DNA of 64,000 bases from Camelus ferus (taxonomy: Eukaryota). Both the position numbers and the translations under genes were made by a program. This document shows positions 63,250 to 64,000 of the stretch, one piece after another. Each line of letters begins with the position of its first letter. The first letter of the stretch is position 1. The DNA lies in assembly GCF_009834535.1 (NCBI RefSeq), contig NC_045696.1, positions 108,068,001 to 108,132,000 on the forward strand, given 5' to 3'. The notes beneath the pieces are model-generated. The model was not told the DNA's origin. It did no database searches and saw only the letters and a list, made by a program, of their open reading frames with translations.

Positions 63250-63759
63250 TGTCAAGCCACTTGGGCACCCAACACTCTTGGACACCTTTCTTAAATTTGG
63301 AGAATTTCTCACATCTGAGTCTGTGCCTCCCCAAGAAAGAAGCCAGAAATGAGTTTTCCCAGCTTCCCTTGAACAGAGTACAGGCTTCAGGTCCTTCCAA
63401 CCGGAGGAACCTGTGTCAGGCTTCTGTTAGGAAGCCAGGGATGCTAGAAAACAGGTGTCCAGATGAGTCCACTCTGGCTAGGGTTGCAGAGCCATTTAGC
63501 ATCCAGAGGTGGCTATGGTTGAGTTTCTGGTGGAAACACATGGTATGCAGTGTTGTTGCTGGGAGGTGTGGTTTCTGTGCCAGTAGGGGTGTTGGCAGGG
63601 ACCCCATGGGAGCAATCTGGAGGGCAGCACGATTAAACTATCATTCCTGGCTTTAGGACCCCTAGAGATGCTGAGAACTACCCTTTAATAAATTTCTTTT
63701 CCACTTGAATCAACTAGGGAGGGTTCTTTTGTTCACAACTAAGAACCTTGACTGGTACA
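63250..63759 (+). mobile_element. ERVL solo LTR (LTR33/LTR41-like)
   Basis: tgt start, ttttcccagcttcccttg, tttaataaatt poly(A) signal, end aagaaccttgactggtaca. Confidence 0.7.
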
Positions 63760-63844
63760 ACGGGTAACTGAGTGAGCTTATAAGTCTTTGAGACTTTTAG
63801 AAATAGGAAAAGCACTCAGCTGTCAGTTCAGCATGATCAGAATT

Positions 63845-64000
63845 TGTATCAGTCAGGGTTCTTGGTTGCGAACAACAGAAACCAACTCTGGATATTTTAA
63901 GCAGAAAAGGAATCTATTGGAGGCTCAGAGATTCAATGGGAGGCTAGAGAACCAGCTTGAAATATGGGCAAGAATCAAGACCTTGAGTCAAGAAATCTGC
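63845..64000 (-). mobile_element. MaLR/ERVL LTR 3' end (MLT1K-like), runs off the window
   Basis: tgtatcagtcagggttcttggttgcgaacaacagaaaccaactctgg. Confidence 0.75.

Overview
Mammalian, most likely camelid, non-coding DNA. The species call rests on four tRNA-Ala(AGC)-derived vic-1-type SINEs. I found no recognisable protein-coding exon, RNA gene or CRISPR array; the ORF-track entries I can explain are LINE fossils or simple repeats. The window reads as an intergenic region or large intron. It holds layered transposon remnants: young L1 3' ends and SINEs with target-site duplications (TSDs), a solo LTR nested in another solo LTR, MaLR/ERVL LTRs, hAT MITEs, and many MIR and L2 pieces. Between these are repeat-free blocks that look like enhancers. 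The main observations are (i) several very old CR1/L3-clade reverse-transcriptase fossils, some in otherwise unique-looking sequence, (ii) a probable L1 3' transduction, (iii) an LTR-in-LTR with both 4-bp TSDs intact, and (iv) a compressed SOX-OCT site and PBX-HOX sites. Repeat family names come from remembered consensus sequences, not a database search. Boundaries are approximate unless a TSD is quoted. I cannot identify the locus and see no firm evidence of a new biological system.
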